Shown: in pieces, positions 9,743-21,908 of the stretch
Layout: each line of letters begins with the position of its first letter
How positions within the stretch are numbered: the first letter of the stretch is position 1
From: an uncultured archaeon
GTDB taxonomy: Archaea > Asgardarchaeota > Lokiarchaeia > Sigyniarchaeales > SOKP01
Reading direction: 5' to 3'
Assembly: GCA_964583985.1 (NCBI GenBank)
Contig: CAZOYD010000017.1
Location: 1 to 59,218 of the forward strand
Length of the DNA: 59,218 bases
The notes under the pieces: generated by a model
What the model was told of the DNA's origin: nothing
The model's input: only the letters and a program-made list of their open reading frames with translations
Database searches by the model: none
Translations under genes and position numbers: made by a program

Positions 9743-10165
9743 TCAATTTAGAAAAGAATCTAAATTACCTTTACGATAAGCTGCAGCTTTTCTTAAAATC
9801 TCTTTACTATTATCAAAAGTTGCTTTTTTTAGTGCTTTTTCAATTGGAAGCCAAATATAATTCTTATGTTCAAAACTCAGAATTATTTTTCTTGTATTGG
9901 ATTCAATAAGGTAACAAGTTACACTTTTATGGATTTTTTCTCCCTTGAATTTAAAATTATATTCAAACTCCATTTTAAAATCGCCAATTATTTTAGCATC
10001 TCTAATTCCAGTTTCCTCCTCTAATTCTCTAAAGATTGTTTCTTGATCGGTTTCTCCCTTTTCTTTATGACCCTTTACAAATCCCCAATGACCTAATCCA
10101 TATTTTAACAATAAATATTGATTCTCATTGTATACAACAGCAGCAATGGAATGTTCTTTTTTCAT
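9743..10165 (-). CDS. NUDIX hydrolase (Ap4A hydrolase-like)
   Basis: HWGFVKGHKEKGETDQETIFRELEEETGI Nudix box; LSFEH. Confidence 0.9.
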   Translation of the reverse strand: MKKEHSIAAVVYNENQYLLLKYGLGHWGFVKGHKEKGETDQETIFRELEEETGIRDAKIIGDFKMEFEYNFKFKGEKIHKSVTCYLIESNTRKIILSFEHKNYIWLPIEKALKKATFDNSKEILRKAAAYRKGNLDSFLN

Positions 10166-10180
10166 TTTTCACTCATCACT

Positions 10181-11206
10181 TTAATGTTTAAAAACCTGTT
10201 TATACACTCTCACGAAATTTTCACCAAGTATTTTTTTAATGTCTTCTGGTGCATATCCTCTTTTTTCTAAAGTTAAGAATAAGTTAGGATAATCTGAGAC
10301 TTTCCAAAGCCCGGGGGGATAAATCATTTCAACGGGTTCCTTTTGGGTCTCTTTAGAGGAAGTGTCATATAATTCAACTTTATCCTCAACAACATAATCC
10401 AGAAAATCAGGTCCCAATCCAACATGATTGATTCCAATTAAATCAACAATAAAATCAACGTGATCAATTAATCTATCAATAGATGCATTTTTTGGATTAT
10501 TATCAATAAATTGCCCAACGAAATTAATGCCTATTACCCCATTTTTATTTCCTATTGCCTTAATTTGATCATCAGAGAGGTTTCTCATATTATTACAAAT
10601 CGTTTTTGCATTAGAATGGGAAGTGATGATCGGATTTTCAGAATATTTTAATGTATCCCAGAAAGTAGGCTCTGAAGCGTGAGAAAGATCTACTATCATG
10701 CCTAAATCATCCATTTCATGAATTAAACATTTTCCTAAATCTGTCAACCCTCTTGGGTTCTCTACTCCAAGACCATCAGCAAATAAGTTACGTTCATTAT
10801 GAGTTAATGTTATTAATCTCAATCCAAGTCTGAAAAAGTCCCGAAGTCGAGAAAAATCTGATCCGATTGCTCCTGCTCCTTCAAGTGCTAATAAAAAACC
10901 AACCTTATGTGAATTGCTAATCTTTTCAAAATCATCATTTTTTTTAATTAGTACAAATAAATTTTTATTATCTGATATTTCTTTAAGAACAACTTCTAGA
11001 GTTTGAAGGACAATTTGAGGATCTCTAGGATTTAAAGTGGGATAAAAATCAAAATCTCCTCCTATATTAAAAACTTCTAAATTAACTTGACCCTTTCTTA
11101 ATTGAGGTAGGTGAATGTCTCTCAACACATTATTTTGCCCTTTTTTTTGTTCATATAACAATTTCAGACCGAAGTCTGAATGACCATCTACGATTATCAA
11201 TTTCAT
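10181..11206 (-). CDS. Membrane dipeptidase (peptidase M19)
   Basis: DGHSD, LEGA, LTHNERN, DLSH, SHSN, RNLSD, HVGLGPDF, LGENFVRV. Confidence 0.92.
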   Translation of the reverse strand: MKLIIVDGHSDFGLKLLYEQKKGQNNVLRDIHLPQLRKGQVNLEVFNIGGDFDFYPTLNPRDPQIVLQTLEVVLKEISDNKNLFVLIKKNDDFEKISNSHKVGFLLALEGAGAIGSDFSRLRDFFRLGLRLITLTHNERNLFADGLGVENPRGLTDLGKCLIHEMDDLGMIVDLSHASEPTFWDTLKYSENPIITSHSNAKTICNNMRNLSDDQIKAIGNKNGVIGINFVGQFIDNNPKNASIDRLIDHVDFIVDLIGINHVGLGPDFLDYVVEDKVELYDTSSKETQKEPVEMIYPPGLWKVSDYPNLFLTLEKRGYAPEDIKKILGENFVRVYKQVFKH

Positions 11207-11235
11207 AAATCACAAATTTATTTTATAACATTCAA

Positions 11236-12285
11236 TTATTTCAAGATTTTCTTAAGAACAACTCCAATTTTTTCTATGCTATAATCAATATCTTCTTCAA
11301 CTATTCCAAAATGAGTGACAAACCTAATTTTCTGATTAATGTCATAAGCTAAAATTCCTTCACTCTGTAAAGATAAAATTATTTGTTCCATGGGTGCATT
11401 ATCAAGAAAATGTACCATCAAAATATTTGTTTCAGGTGATTGGACAGAAATAGAAAGATCAAGTGAACGTAAGCCATCTGCCAATCTTTTAGCATTGTCA
11501 TGATCCTCGCTCAATCGATTAATCCATTTATCTTCAAGTGCAACTAATCCAAAAGAAGCAATTATACCAGCTTGACGCATGCCACCTCCTAGCATCTTAC
11601 GAAATTTTCTTGCTCTATCAATAAAATCGTTTGAACCAGCAATCATGGAGCCTATAGGACAGGATAACCCTTTTGATAAACAAAACATCACGCTATCAAC
11701 ATTTTTCGTGAATTCTGTGATAGGAAGATGTGAAGCTACTGAGGCATTGAATATTCTCGCACCATCCATGTGAAATTTAAGATTATATCTTAGAGCAAAA
11801 TCCCTCATTTCATTTAATTCTTCGGGTCTGATTATTGTTCCCCCATGATAATTATGCGTATTCTCAACGCATAACAACCTACTTGGTGGTTCATGAATAT
11901 CTTTTAGATCTCGTATCATTGGGTTTAACTTTTTCAAAGAAGGAAACCCTCTCTCTGAAGGATAGGTTCTTATCATCAAACCACCTATTCTAGCAGCACT
12001 TCCAACTTCGTGACCGACTATATGACTATTTTCTTCAACTATTATCTCATCTCCAGGAGTTGTATGAGATAATAAACTTATCAAGTTTCCTTGAGTTCCC
12101 GAACTGACTAATAAAGCAGCTTCCTTTCTTAATTTTTTTGCTGCTTTCATTTCTAATTCATTAACAGTTGGATCTTCTTGCATTACATCATCCCCTAGCA
12201 TTGAATTATCCCATCCCTTTACAACCTCCCACATCTCGGGAGATGGTTTCGTTACCGTATCAGAACGTAGATCTACTATTCTCAT
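11236..12285 (-). CDS. ltaE: Low-specificity L-threonine aldolase
   Basis: DLRSDTVT, SGTQGN, ENTHN, HMDGARIFNA, CLSKGL (PLP Lys), GGGMRQAG. Confidence 0.93.
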   Translation of the reverse strand: MRIVDLRSDTVTKPSPEMWEVVKGWDNSMLGDDVMQEDPTVNELEMKAAKKLRKEAALLVSSGTQGNLISLLSHTTPGDEIIVEENSHIVGHEVGSAARIGGLMIRTYPSERGFPSLKKLNPMIRDLKDIHEPPSRLLCVENTHNYHGGTIIRPEELNEMRDFALRYNLKFHMDGARIFNASVASHLPITEFTKNVDSVMFCLSKGLSCPIGSMIAGSNDFIDRARKFRKMLGGGMRQAGIIASFGLVALEDKWINRLSEDHDNAKRLADGLRSLDLSISVQSPETNILMVHFLDNAPMEQIILSLQSEGILAYDINQKIRFVTHFGIVEEDIDYSIEKIGVVLKKILK

Positions 12286-12658
12286 GATAATATACCGAAT
12301 TATGTTATTCTTTTTTAATTGAATAAAGGCATAAAAAAATATAATATTACGTTATAGAAAAGTGAATGATAATAAAAGTCATTGATTTAAACTGTGTCCA
12401 ACCTAACTCAATGCTTTTTCACACATTAAAAATTTATTAACTATTATGATGTTATTTATTTAGAAGGTATTGTTTTTTATTTTATTGTAGAATTCTTAAA
12501 ATAAGGGATAAATAAAGGAATATAATGGTATAATTTCAGAGATTTTAATGAAACATATAAAAACAAACAATATATTTCATATTTGAGAGCAGTTTTCGAA
12601 AGAAGAAAATACAATTAAAAAATTAAAAACGATTAACTAAACAAAGGAGAATTTATAA

Positions 12659-13213
12659 TTGGATGGATCAATTGTATTTAAGGGAGCTCCCAAGAAGCAA
12701 AATTTCTTTAAGATATGCATAGTTGGTGACTCAGGAGTAGGTAAAACAACTATTTTGCATAGATATTTAAGTGGGAGGTTTAAATCGAAAGCTGAGATAA
12801 CTATCGGCTCAAATTTTTTTGTTAAGTATATTAAATTACCTGACGTCAAGGATCTAATAACCATGCAAGTGTGGGATTTAGCTGGTCAATTACACTTCAA
12901 ATGGGTCAGATTTGCATTCTATAAATCAGCAAAAGGTATTATTTATGCATTTGATTTGACTCGTAAGAACACCCTTGAAAACTTGGAAAAATGGAAAGAG
13001 GAAGTTGAGAGCCAAATAGGCAAATGTCCTAGCTTACTTGTCGGAAATAAGATAGATTTGGTTAATCCTCAAACAGAAATCATTTTAAAAGAAGATATTA
13101 AAAAATATTGTGGCATTCTTGGAACAAGTGCTTATTTTGAAACAAGCGCGAAGAAAGGAACAAACATAGATGATGTTTTTTTCCGAATTGCTACAGAAAT
13201 GTATAAAGAATAA
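12659..13213 (+). CDS. Rab/Ras-like small GTPase
   Basis: G1 GDSGVGKT, TIGSNF, G3 WDLAGQ, G4 NKID, G5 ETSAK. Confidence 0.92.
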   Translation: MDGSIVFKGAPKKQNFFKICIVGDSGVGKTTILHRYLSGRFKSKAEITIGSNFFVKYIKLPDVKDLITMQVWDLAGQLHFKWVRFAFYKSAKGIIYAFDLTRKNTLENLEKWKEEVESQIGKCPSLLVGNKIDLVNPQTEIILKEDIKKYCGILGTSAYFETSAKKGTNIDDVFFRIATEMYKE

Positions 13214-13242
13214 AATGGATATATGCAAAAAAGTGAAAAATA

Positions 13243-13800
13243 ATGACAGAATTAAATGAAAATCAACGTAAAAAAAAGGTTCTTCCCAGTCCAGGCACTT
13301 CGGTCTACGCCTTGATAGATGAAGATGAAGAGAAAAAGAAGAAAACTCTAAAGAAGTGGCGGTTGCTAAATAAAATATTGATAGTTCCCCTTTATCGAGC
13401 AAGACTTTTACCTTTATTGGGGTTCGGTAAGATTTTTTTAATGATCGAAACAAAAGGAAGGATAACCGGAAAAAAGAGAAGAACTCCCGTGGAGTATCAT
13501 CGTGTTGAAGATGTAATTACCATAATTTCAGCGAGAGGTCTTGATGCGGGATGGCTAAAAAATATTCAAACTAACCCTTCTGATGTCTATATCAGAAAAG
13601 GTTTTCGTGGTTTTAAACCTCGAGTAGAAATTATAAATTCTGAAAATAAAAAATTAGATTTTCTCTATTGGTATGTGAAAAATTGTGGGAAATCTGCTAA
13701 GATGTTATTTGGTTGGGATCCAAAAAATGATACTATTGAGTCAACTGATTTTTCTCGAATGGTAAAAGCAATGACTATTGTCCAAGCCCATGAAAATTAA
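13243..13800 (+). CDS. Deazaflavin (F420)-dependent nitroreductase family protein (DDN-like)
   Basis: LMIETKGRITGKKRRTPV and WLKNIQTNP motifs. Confidence 0.8.
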   Translation: MTELNENQRKKKVLPSPGTSVYALIDEDEEKKKKTLKKWRLLNKILIVPLYRARLLPLLGFGKIFLMIETKGRITGKKRRTPVEYHRVEDVITIISARGLDAGWLKNIQTNPSDVYIRKGFRGFKPRVEIINSENKKLDFLYWYVKNCGKSAKMLFGWDPKNDTIESTDFSRMVKAMTIVQAHEN

Positions 13801-13811
13801 AGAAAATCTTA

Positions 13812-14216
13812 TTATTTTTCTTCAGAAATCCTTGGATCTGAGACAATCTGAACTCTATTCCCCTCTGGATCCATTATATTAAAGTAGGATACCAAACCGG
13901 GAATATCTGTTATTTTGGTCGTATCCACGCCCTGTTCTTCAAGGTAATTTTTCGTTTCTTCAAGATTTTTGACTTGAATGGTAAAAGTACCAGAGTCCTC
14001 TTCTAATTTTTCGCCCTCTTCTATAGTATTTAAACCAAGATGAGGACTTTCCCCCGGAAGTTCAAATTCTGTCCATCCTACTTCTGAACTCACGTACCAG
14101 ATGTTTGTAAAGCCAAATAAATCCTCGTAGAATTTCTTGGCACGGTCGAGATCTTTTACTTTAATTTGGAATAACATCCGATCAAAAATTATCGGATTCT
14201 TCTTTTTCTTTGGCAT
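13812..14216 (-). CDS. VOC/glyoxalase family protein
   Basis: VKDLDRAKKFYEDLFGF ... DPEGNRVQI. Confidence 0.88.
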   Translation of the reverse strand: MPKKKKNPIIFDRMLFQIKVKDLDRAKKFYEDLFGFTNIWYVSSEVGWTEFELPGESPHLGLNTIEEGEKLEEDSGTFTIQVKNLEETKNYLEEQGVDTTKITDIPGLVSYFNIMDPEGNRVQIVSDPRISEEK

Positions 14217-14300
14217 AAGATCCTTAAAAATAGGAAGAAATATAAAATTTTATGCACACTTAAAAAATTAATAACACAGCAATTACTAACATTTTTATGA

Positions 14301-17474
<3,174 letters not shown>

Positions 17475-17477
17475 AGT

Positions 17478-18545
17478 CTATTGTTTTAATATGACCATTT
17501 CATGGAGTGCATTTCCTATTTCTTTGAATGAAGTTTCATTATATTTGAAATCAATCTCAAATTTAGAATTGAATCTAAAATATCCCGGATTCAATTTTAG
17601 AACATTTTTAGCCAAAAATCTTAAGATTGGATTAAATCCAGAAAGCATGTAATCAGAATCTATGATATTTTCAACTTCAAGTGTTATTCTGTTTTGATTA
17701 GGGAGCACAAATTCCAAATTTAAGGGATAATTATTTTTTGCCTTATCATCATATTGAAAATTACTTTCTTTCAATTTATATTCACCAGTACTGAGAATTA
17801 TTTTATCGTTTTTGGCAAGCATCAATACCGGTATTATGTAATTGTTCATTTTTTTATTGCTCTGAATGTAGGCATAAACAACCGTGAAATTTTCTGAATA
17901 AATACGACCCCAATGCCAATAGTTGATGATCTTAATCATGTTAAGAGTAACCCAATTGTGATCATGGTATCCCATCCCTTTCACTGAAATAGTTTCATTA
18001 TGGACTTTAATTGTTCCCTCAACTTTTGCTTTTGGTAAGGGAACTACCCATCCAAATTCTCCCAAATCACCAAATTTAGTGTATCCCTTTCCAGGCATCC
18101 ATCCTGGAACTTCAGCAATATATTTTAAATGAATACCAAATTCTCCTTCATCTAAAAAAATCTCATATGCGGGAAATACCTCATTTGAATGGTCAGCTTT
18201 TATGTAGTTCTTTCCGATTTGGACATCTGCTAATTCATCAGAAGCTTTAAGATCTGAATGTTGATATTCATAAACGTTTTGAATCTTCTCATCATCAGGT
18301 TTATAGATAGTAATTTCTACCCCAGTTTTCCCAGAAAGCTCGTGCTTCGCTCGAAAAAATGCAACTACCGTGTATCCATTATCAAGGCGAGCATCAAAAT
18401 ACCACCATTCACAATTTCCTCTTCTTTTCATATCTATATGTATTGCATCATATTCCGGCTTAAAGATCGTGATCTTTTCATCCTTTCTTCCCGGTCCCGA
18501 CCAAGCTTCAATAATTTCAAGCTTTTTATTTTTCTTATTTTCCAA
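17478..18545 (-). CDS. CrtC/AttH-like lipocalin-fold protein (hydratase/cyclase family)
   Basis: EWWYFDARLDNG, GYHDHNW and WHWGR motifs. Confidence 0.75.
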   Translation of the reverse strand: MENKKNKKLEIIEAWSGPGRKDEKITIFKPEYDAIHIDMKRRGNCEWWYFDARLDNGYTVVAFFRAKHELSGKTGVEITIYKPDDEKIQNVYEYQHSDLKASDELADVQIGKNYIKADHSNEVFPAYEIFLDEGEFGIHLKYIAEVPGWMPGKGYTKFGDLGEFGWVVPLPKAKVEGTIKVHNETISVKGMGYHDHNWVTLNMIKIINYWHWGRIYSENFTVVYAYIQSNKKMNNYIIPVLMLAKNDKIILSTGEYKLKESNFQYDDKAKNNYPLNLEFVLPNQNRITLEVENIIDSDYMLSGFNPILRFLAKNVLKLNPGYFRFNSKFEIDFKYNETSFKEIGNALHEMVILKQ

Positions 18546-18584
18546 ATTTCATGCACCTTTTACTTCAATATTTTATATTTAATC

Positions 18585-18992
18585 TCACTTCTTTAAAAAA
18601 TCAAAAATACTTAATAATGCTAATAATTTTAAAATCCCTCTCATTTTCACCTTTCCTAATATCCATTTTAAGCCTATACCAACGATTGAAATCCTGTTCA
18701 TGGCCAGCGCGAGAAAAATTTGAGAATCCATGGAAATAAATCCGTCCCAACCAATTAATTTCTTTTTCAAATTTGATTCTGGTTTATTTGGCACGCTCTC
18801 AACCTTCAATACTCCTTGATTAACGGATATCAAGGCAGCATGATCTAAATTTGAGGCATTTATCAAAAATTTTCTGTTTAATTTATTAAATTTTTCTTTA
18901 AATTCTGGATTCTCATTCAACGGCTCCATTATACTTTTAATTAATCCTGCAAATCCTCTTGCATTTGGATTCACCATGCTTTCATTATCCAT
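18585..18992 (-). CDS. SCP2-like sterol/lipid-binding protein
   Basis: Small protein ending ISMDSQIFLALAMNRI...WILGKVKMRG..KLL, the SCP2 C-terminal pattern. Confidence 0.6.
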   Translation of the reverse strand: MDNESMVNPNARGFAGLIKSIMEPLNENPEFKEKFNKLNRKFLINASNLDHAALISVNQGVLKVESVPNKPESNLKKKLIGWDGFISMDSQIFLALAMNRISIVGIGLKWILGKVKMRGILKLLALLSIFDFLKK

Positions 18993-19026
18993 TTATCTCA
19001 CTTGCTTATTAATTTAATAATATCTA

Positions 19027-20586
19027 TTATTTTGCTGTAATATAGAATCCCGAATCAGCAATTCCCTTTGGATCAAATGCCTTTTTTATTTTTCTTAACC
19101 ATTTATTATAATTCATCATTTCTGGACCGAACAAATCATGCATTCTATCCCCTTCAACAAAAAAAGGAGCTCCAAGGTGTTTAATCAGATCAAATTGATA
19201 ATTTTCTTCCATGTTTTCAGCCATACCCTTAACACTTTTCTCATCGGTTTGATCAAACATTGTAGGAGATTCGATATGGAAATAATGCCCCGATTCATAG
19301 GAGGTTATCCACACTCCCTCTCCAAAATCATTTCCGATTACGCCTCTTTTTATATATTTCTTTTTTAAGGGAATGCTCATCTTAGTTGTATTAACACATA
19401 CATTTGCTGTATCACACTGTCCTTTTGAGGATTGAAATCCTCCAGTTGCAATAAAACCATGAAGTCCTAAATTTGATCGCAAAGCTTCAGCGTAAAATAA
19501 AGAATTTGGAGTGTACTTACTTCCTATTACGTTTTCTAATTTAAAATCATCAATTACTTTACTCATCACCTTTTGTTTATAATCAAATTCTCTTTTTGTT
19601 CTAGCTGCAATGAGAACTACCAAGGGTACAAGCATTCCGGCTATTGGAATTTTATCCATTAATGATTCAATACTATTAGAAAAGATAGCTCCTAATCCAT
19701 ATCCAGAAAGATGACTGCAAATGAAAGAGATTTCCTCTTCTTCAATTTTCAAAAACACTTTTTCTAAGTAATTATAACTTTTACAGTCCATGACATATAA
19801 TTTCATATAATCGGGAATTTCAAATTCATAATTGGGTGAATTACCACTTAATTTGAAGTTGGTACTGCAAGGGTATGGAAAGAGCTTGAACGCAACTTTA
19901 GTAAATATGCCTATTCCTGATTTTGCTCCTGCCCATCCACGCATGATCCCTCTCAAACTTGGACCGGGACCATCTCCGATGTACCAATCTGGATTATTTT
20001 TCATTCCTGCAGATCCTAATCTTAAAATTTCTCCATCGGGTAAGACCCATTCGACCCCCAATACATTTCGAGCACTATGACCCGTGTGGGGAGAAGTAAA
20101 TCCCGGACCATTCATACTAGTAGCACTAGCTAAAGGCGAAACTTGAGGACCTGCTCCGGGCATGTGAACCGTTAGACCATACTTCATGGTTTCTGCTTGT
20201 AATTGTGCTCCACTTACATATGGTTCAACAACGGCATAAAGAGATCTATCATCAATTTTAATTATTTTATTCATTCTCCTTAAATCGATAATTACACAAT
20301 TTTCTGAAGAAGGTTGATTCCACGGGCCAAGTCCTGTAGATTGAGCTTTAAATTGAATGTTATATTCATTACAAATTCTAACAATTTGTTGTACTTCTTC
20401 CGTACTTGAAGGTAACAATACCGCTTTTGGAACTGAAGAGAAAGGGATCGGTTCTTTTTCCTCCATGCAATTAACAAATTCCATACACCAATTGTAAGAA
20501 TACGCATTTGTCATTACTTCGCCATCATCAACGTTTTCAGGACCGACTACTTTCTGAAATTTCTCTAATATGTGTTTTTGTAGTAT
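19027..20586 (-). CDS. FAD-binding oxidoreductase (GlcD/VAO family); probable non-canonical ATA start at 20586 (first ATG 20514)
   Basis: AVLLPSSTEEVQQIVRICN, STG, IDLRRMNKI, VEPYV, LGVEWVLPDGE, GIFTK, KKAFDPKG; open in-frame upstream extension LQKHILEKFQKVVGPENV. Confidence 0.85.
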   Translation of the reverse strand: MLQKHILEKFQKVVGPENVDDGEVMTNAYSYNWCMEFVNCMEEKEPIPFSSVPKAVLLPSSTEEVQQIVRICNEYNIQFKAQSTGLGPWNQPSSENCVIIDLRRMNKIIKIDDRSLYAVVEPYVSGAQLQAETMKYGLTVHMPGAGPQVSPLASATSMNGPGFTSPHTGHSARNVLGVEWVLPDGEILRLGSAGMKNNPDWYIGDGPGPSLRGIMRGWAGAKSGIGIFTKVAFKLFPYPCSTNFKLSGNSPNYEFEIPDYMKLYVMDCKSYNYLEKVFLKIEEEEISFICSHLSGYGLGAIFSNSIESLMDKIPIAGMLVPLVVLIAARTKREFDYKQKVMSKVIDDFKLENVIGSKYTPNSLFYAEALRSNLGLHGFIATGGFQSSKGQCDTANVCVNTTKMSIPLKKKYIKRGVIGNDFGEGVWITSYESGHYFHIESPTMFDQTDEKSVKGMAENMEENYQFDLIKHLGAPFFVEGDRMHDLFGPEMMNYNKWLRKIKKAFDPKGIADSGFYITAK

Positions 20587-20588
20587 GA

Positions 20589-21908
20589 TTAATCAACCTC
20601 AGATAGTATTTGTGCTAATTTTTCTGGATCTAAACCCATTGCCATTAAGAGCAACTCACTTATATCATAATACTTTAGATGGGATCCCCTCGAATTTATT
20701 CCATCTTGTAAATTTGTAGAACAAAATGGGCAAGCTGATATCATGACTTGAGCTCCAGTATCTTCCGCTTCTTCTATTCTTAGTTCTGCAGTTTTAAGTG
20801 CCATTTCTGGGAAAGCGGCTTTAACTCCACCACCCGCTCCACAGCAATATGCATATTCTCTAATTCTCTCCATTTCTACTAATTTTAGTCCGGGAATTTT
20901 TTTGAGAATGTTCCGGGGGGCATCGTAAATGCCGTTCTTTCCCGCTCTTTTAGGTTTAGGAGGGATGTCCATGGAGATTAAAGGTAATATCTGAACCGTG
21001 TCCCCTTCCCACTCTTCATACCTCTCAGCATTTCTTCCTAAATGGCACGGATCATGATAAGTCACTTTTATCGGAATTTCTTTTGTTAATTTTAATCTTC
21101 CAATTTCAAGTAACTTCTCAAAATATTCAACAGCGTGAACTACTTTAAAATTATAATTTCTGTACAAGGGATAATCAACCTTGAAAGTATCATAACAACC
21201 TGCGCAGCTGAATATAATCGTTTCTATTCCTTTTGATTCGATAACATCAAGGTTTCTATTTAATACTTGTTCGAACGTGTCAAGTTCCCCAGTTCTTAGA
21301 ATTGGGCTGCCACAACAATATTCCTCATCACGTAAAATATTAAATGAAATTCCCGCGGCATTTAATATCCTTGCTGTAGCAATTGCCATCTCTTTTCTCC
21401 TATAGGATGAGGTGCATCCAATATAATACAAAACCTTAGCCTTACTATCGATTTTAATATCTTCGGGGAACCAATCAGCTCTCTCCTCATGGGGTTCGTT
21501 ATAGGGATTATTAAACTCTCTAATTGATTGGATGTATTCTTCTTGTTTTGGCATTGGACCACACCCCGCCTTAACCAATTTTTCCCTTAACCTCATTATA
21601 ATCTCTAAAGGTTCTAATGTATTAAGAAATTTGCAGGCAATGGCACAATTACCGCATTCAGTGCATTTATACACGATATCACGTAATTCCTCAGAAGGAG
21701 TGATCCTACCCATCTCTAACGCTAACGCTAAGATTATCTTTCCTCCTCCACTATAAGGATGAAAATTATAAAGGTCAATCGCAGGGCATGCTGTTGCATA
21801 TTTCTTGCTCTTAATTTGCACTTGTGGTATCCACTTGCAAATTGAACACCTTAAACAGCGTTTTATCATCGTTTGATATGCTTCTTCATTTAACTGCATT
21901 ATTTTCAC
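20589..21908 (-). CDS. Fe-S oxidoreductase with CCG domains (GlcF/HdrD/GlpC-like)
   Basis: CLRCSIC, CTECGNCAIAC, YYIGC, EYCCG, YHDPCHLGR, CCGAGGG, SACPFC. Confidence 0.92.
   Translation of the reverse strand: MKIMQLNEEAYQTMIKRCLRCSICKWIPQVQIKSKKYATACPAIDLYNFHPYSGGGKIILALALEMGRITPSEELRDIVYKCTECGNCAIACKFLNTLEPLEIIMRLREKLVKAGCGPMPKQEEYIQSIREFNNPYNEPHEERADWFPEDIKIDSKAKVLYYIGCTSSYRRKEMAIATARILNAAGISFNILRDEEYCCGSPILRTGELDTFEQVLNRNLDVIESKGIETIIFSCAGCYDTFKVDYPLYRNYNFKVVHAVEYFEKLLEIGRLKLTKEIPIKVTYHDPCHLGRNAERYEEWEGDTVQILPLISMDIPPKPKRAGKNGIYDAPRNILKKIPGLKLVEMERIREYAYCCGAGGGVKAAFPEMALKTAELRIEEAEDTGAQVMISACPFCSTNLQDGINSRGSHLKYYDISELLLMAMGLDPEKLAQILSEVD

Noticed and set aside
20589-21908. Selenocysteine recoding in the HdrD-like or other Fe-S genes
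   Set aside because: The ORFs are full-length with ordinary Cys motifs; I saw no in-frame TGA interrupting a domain.
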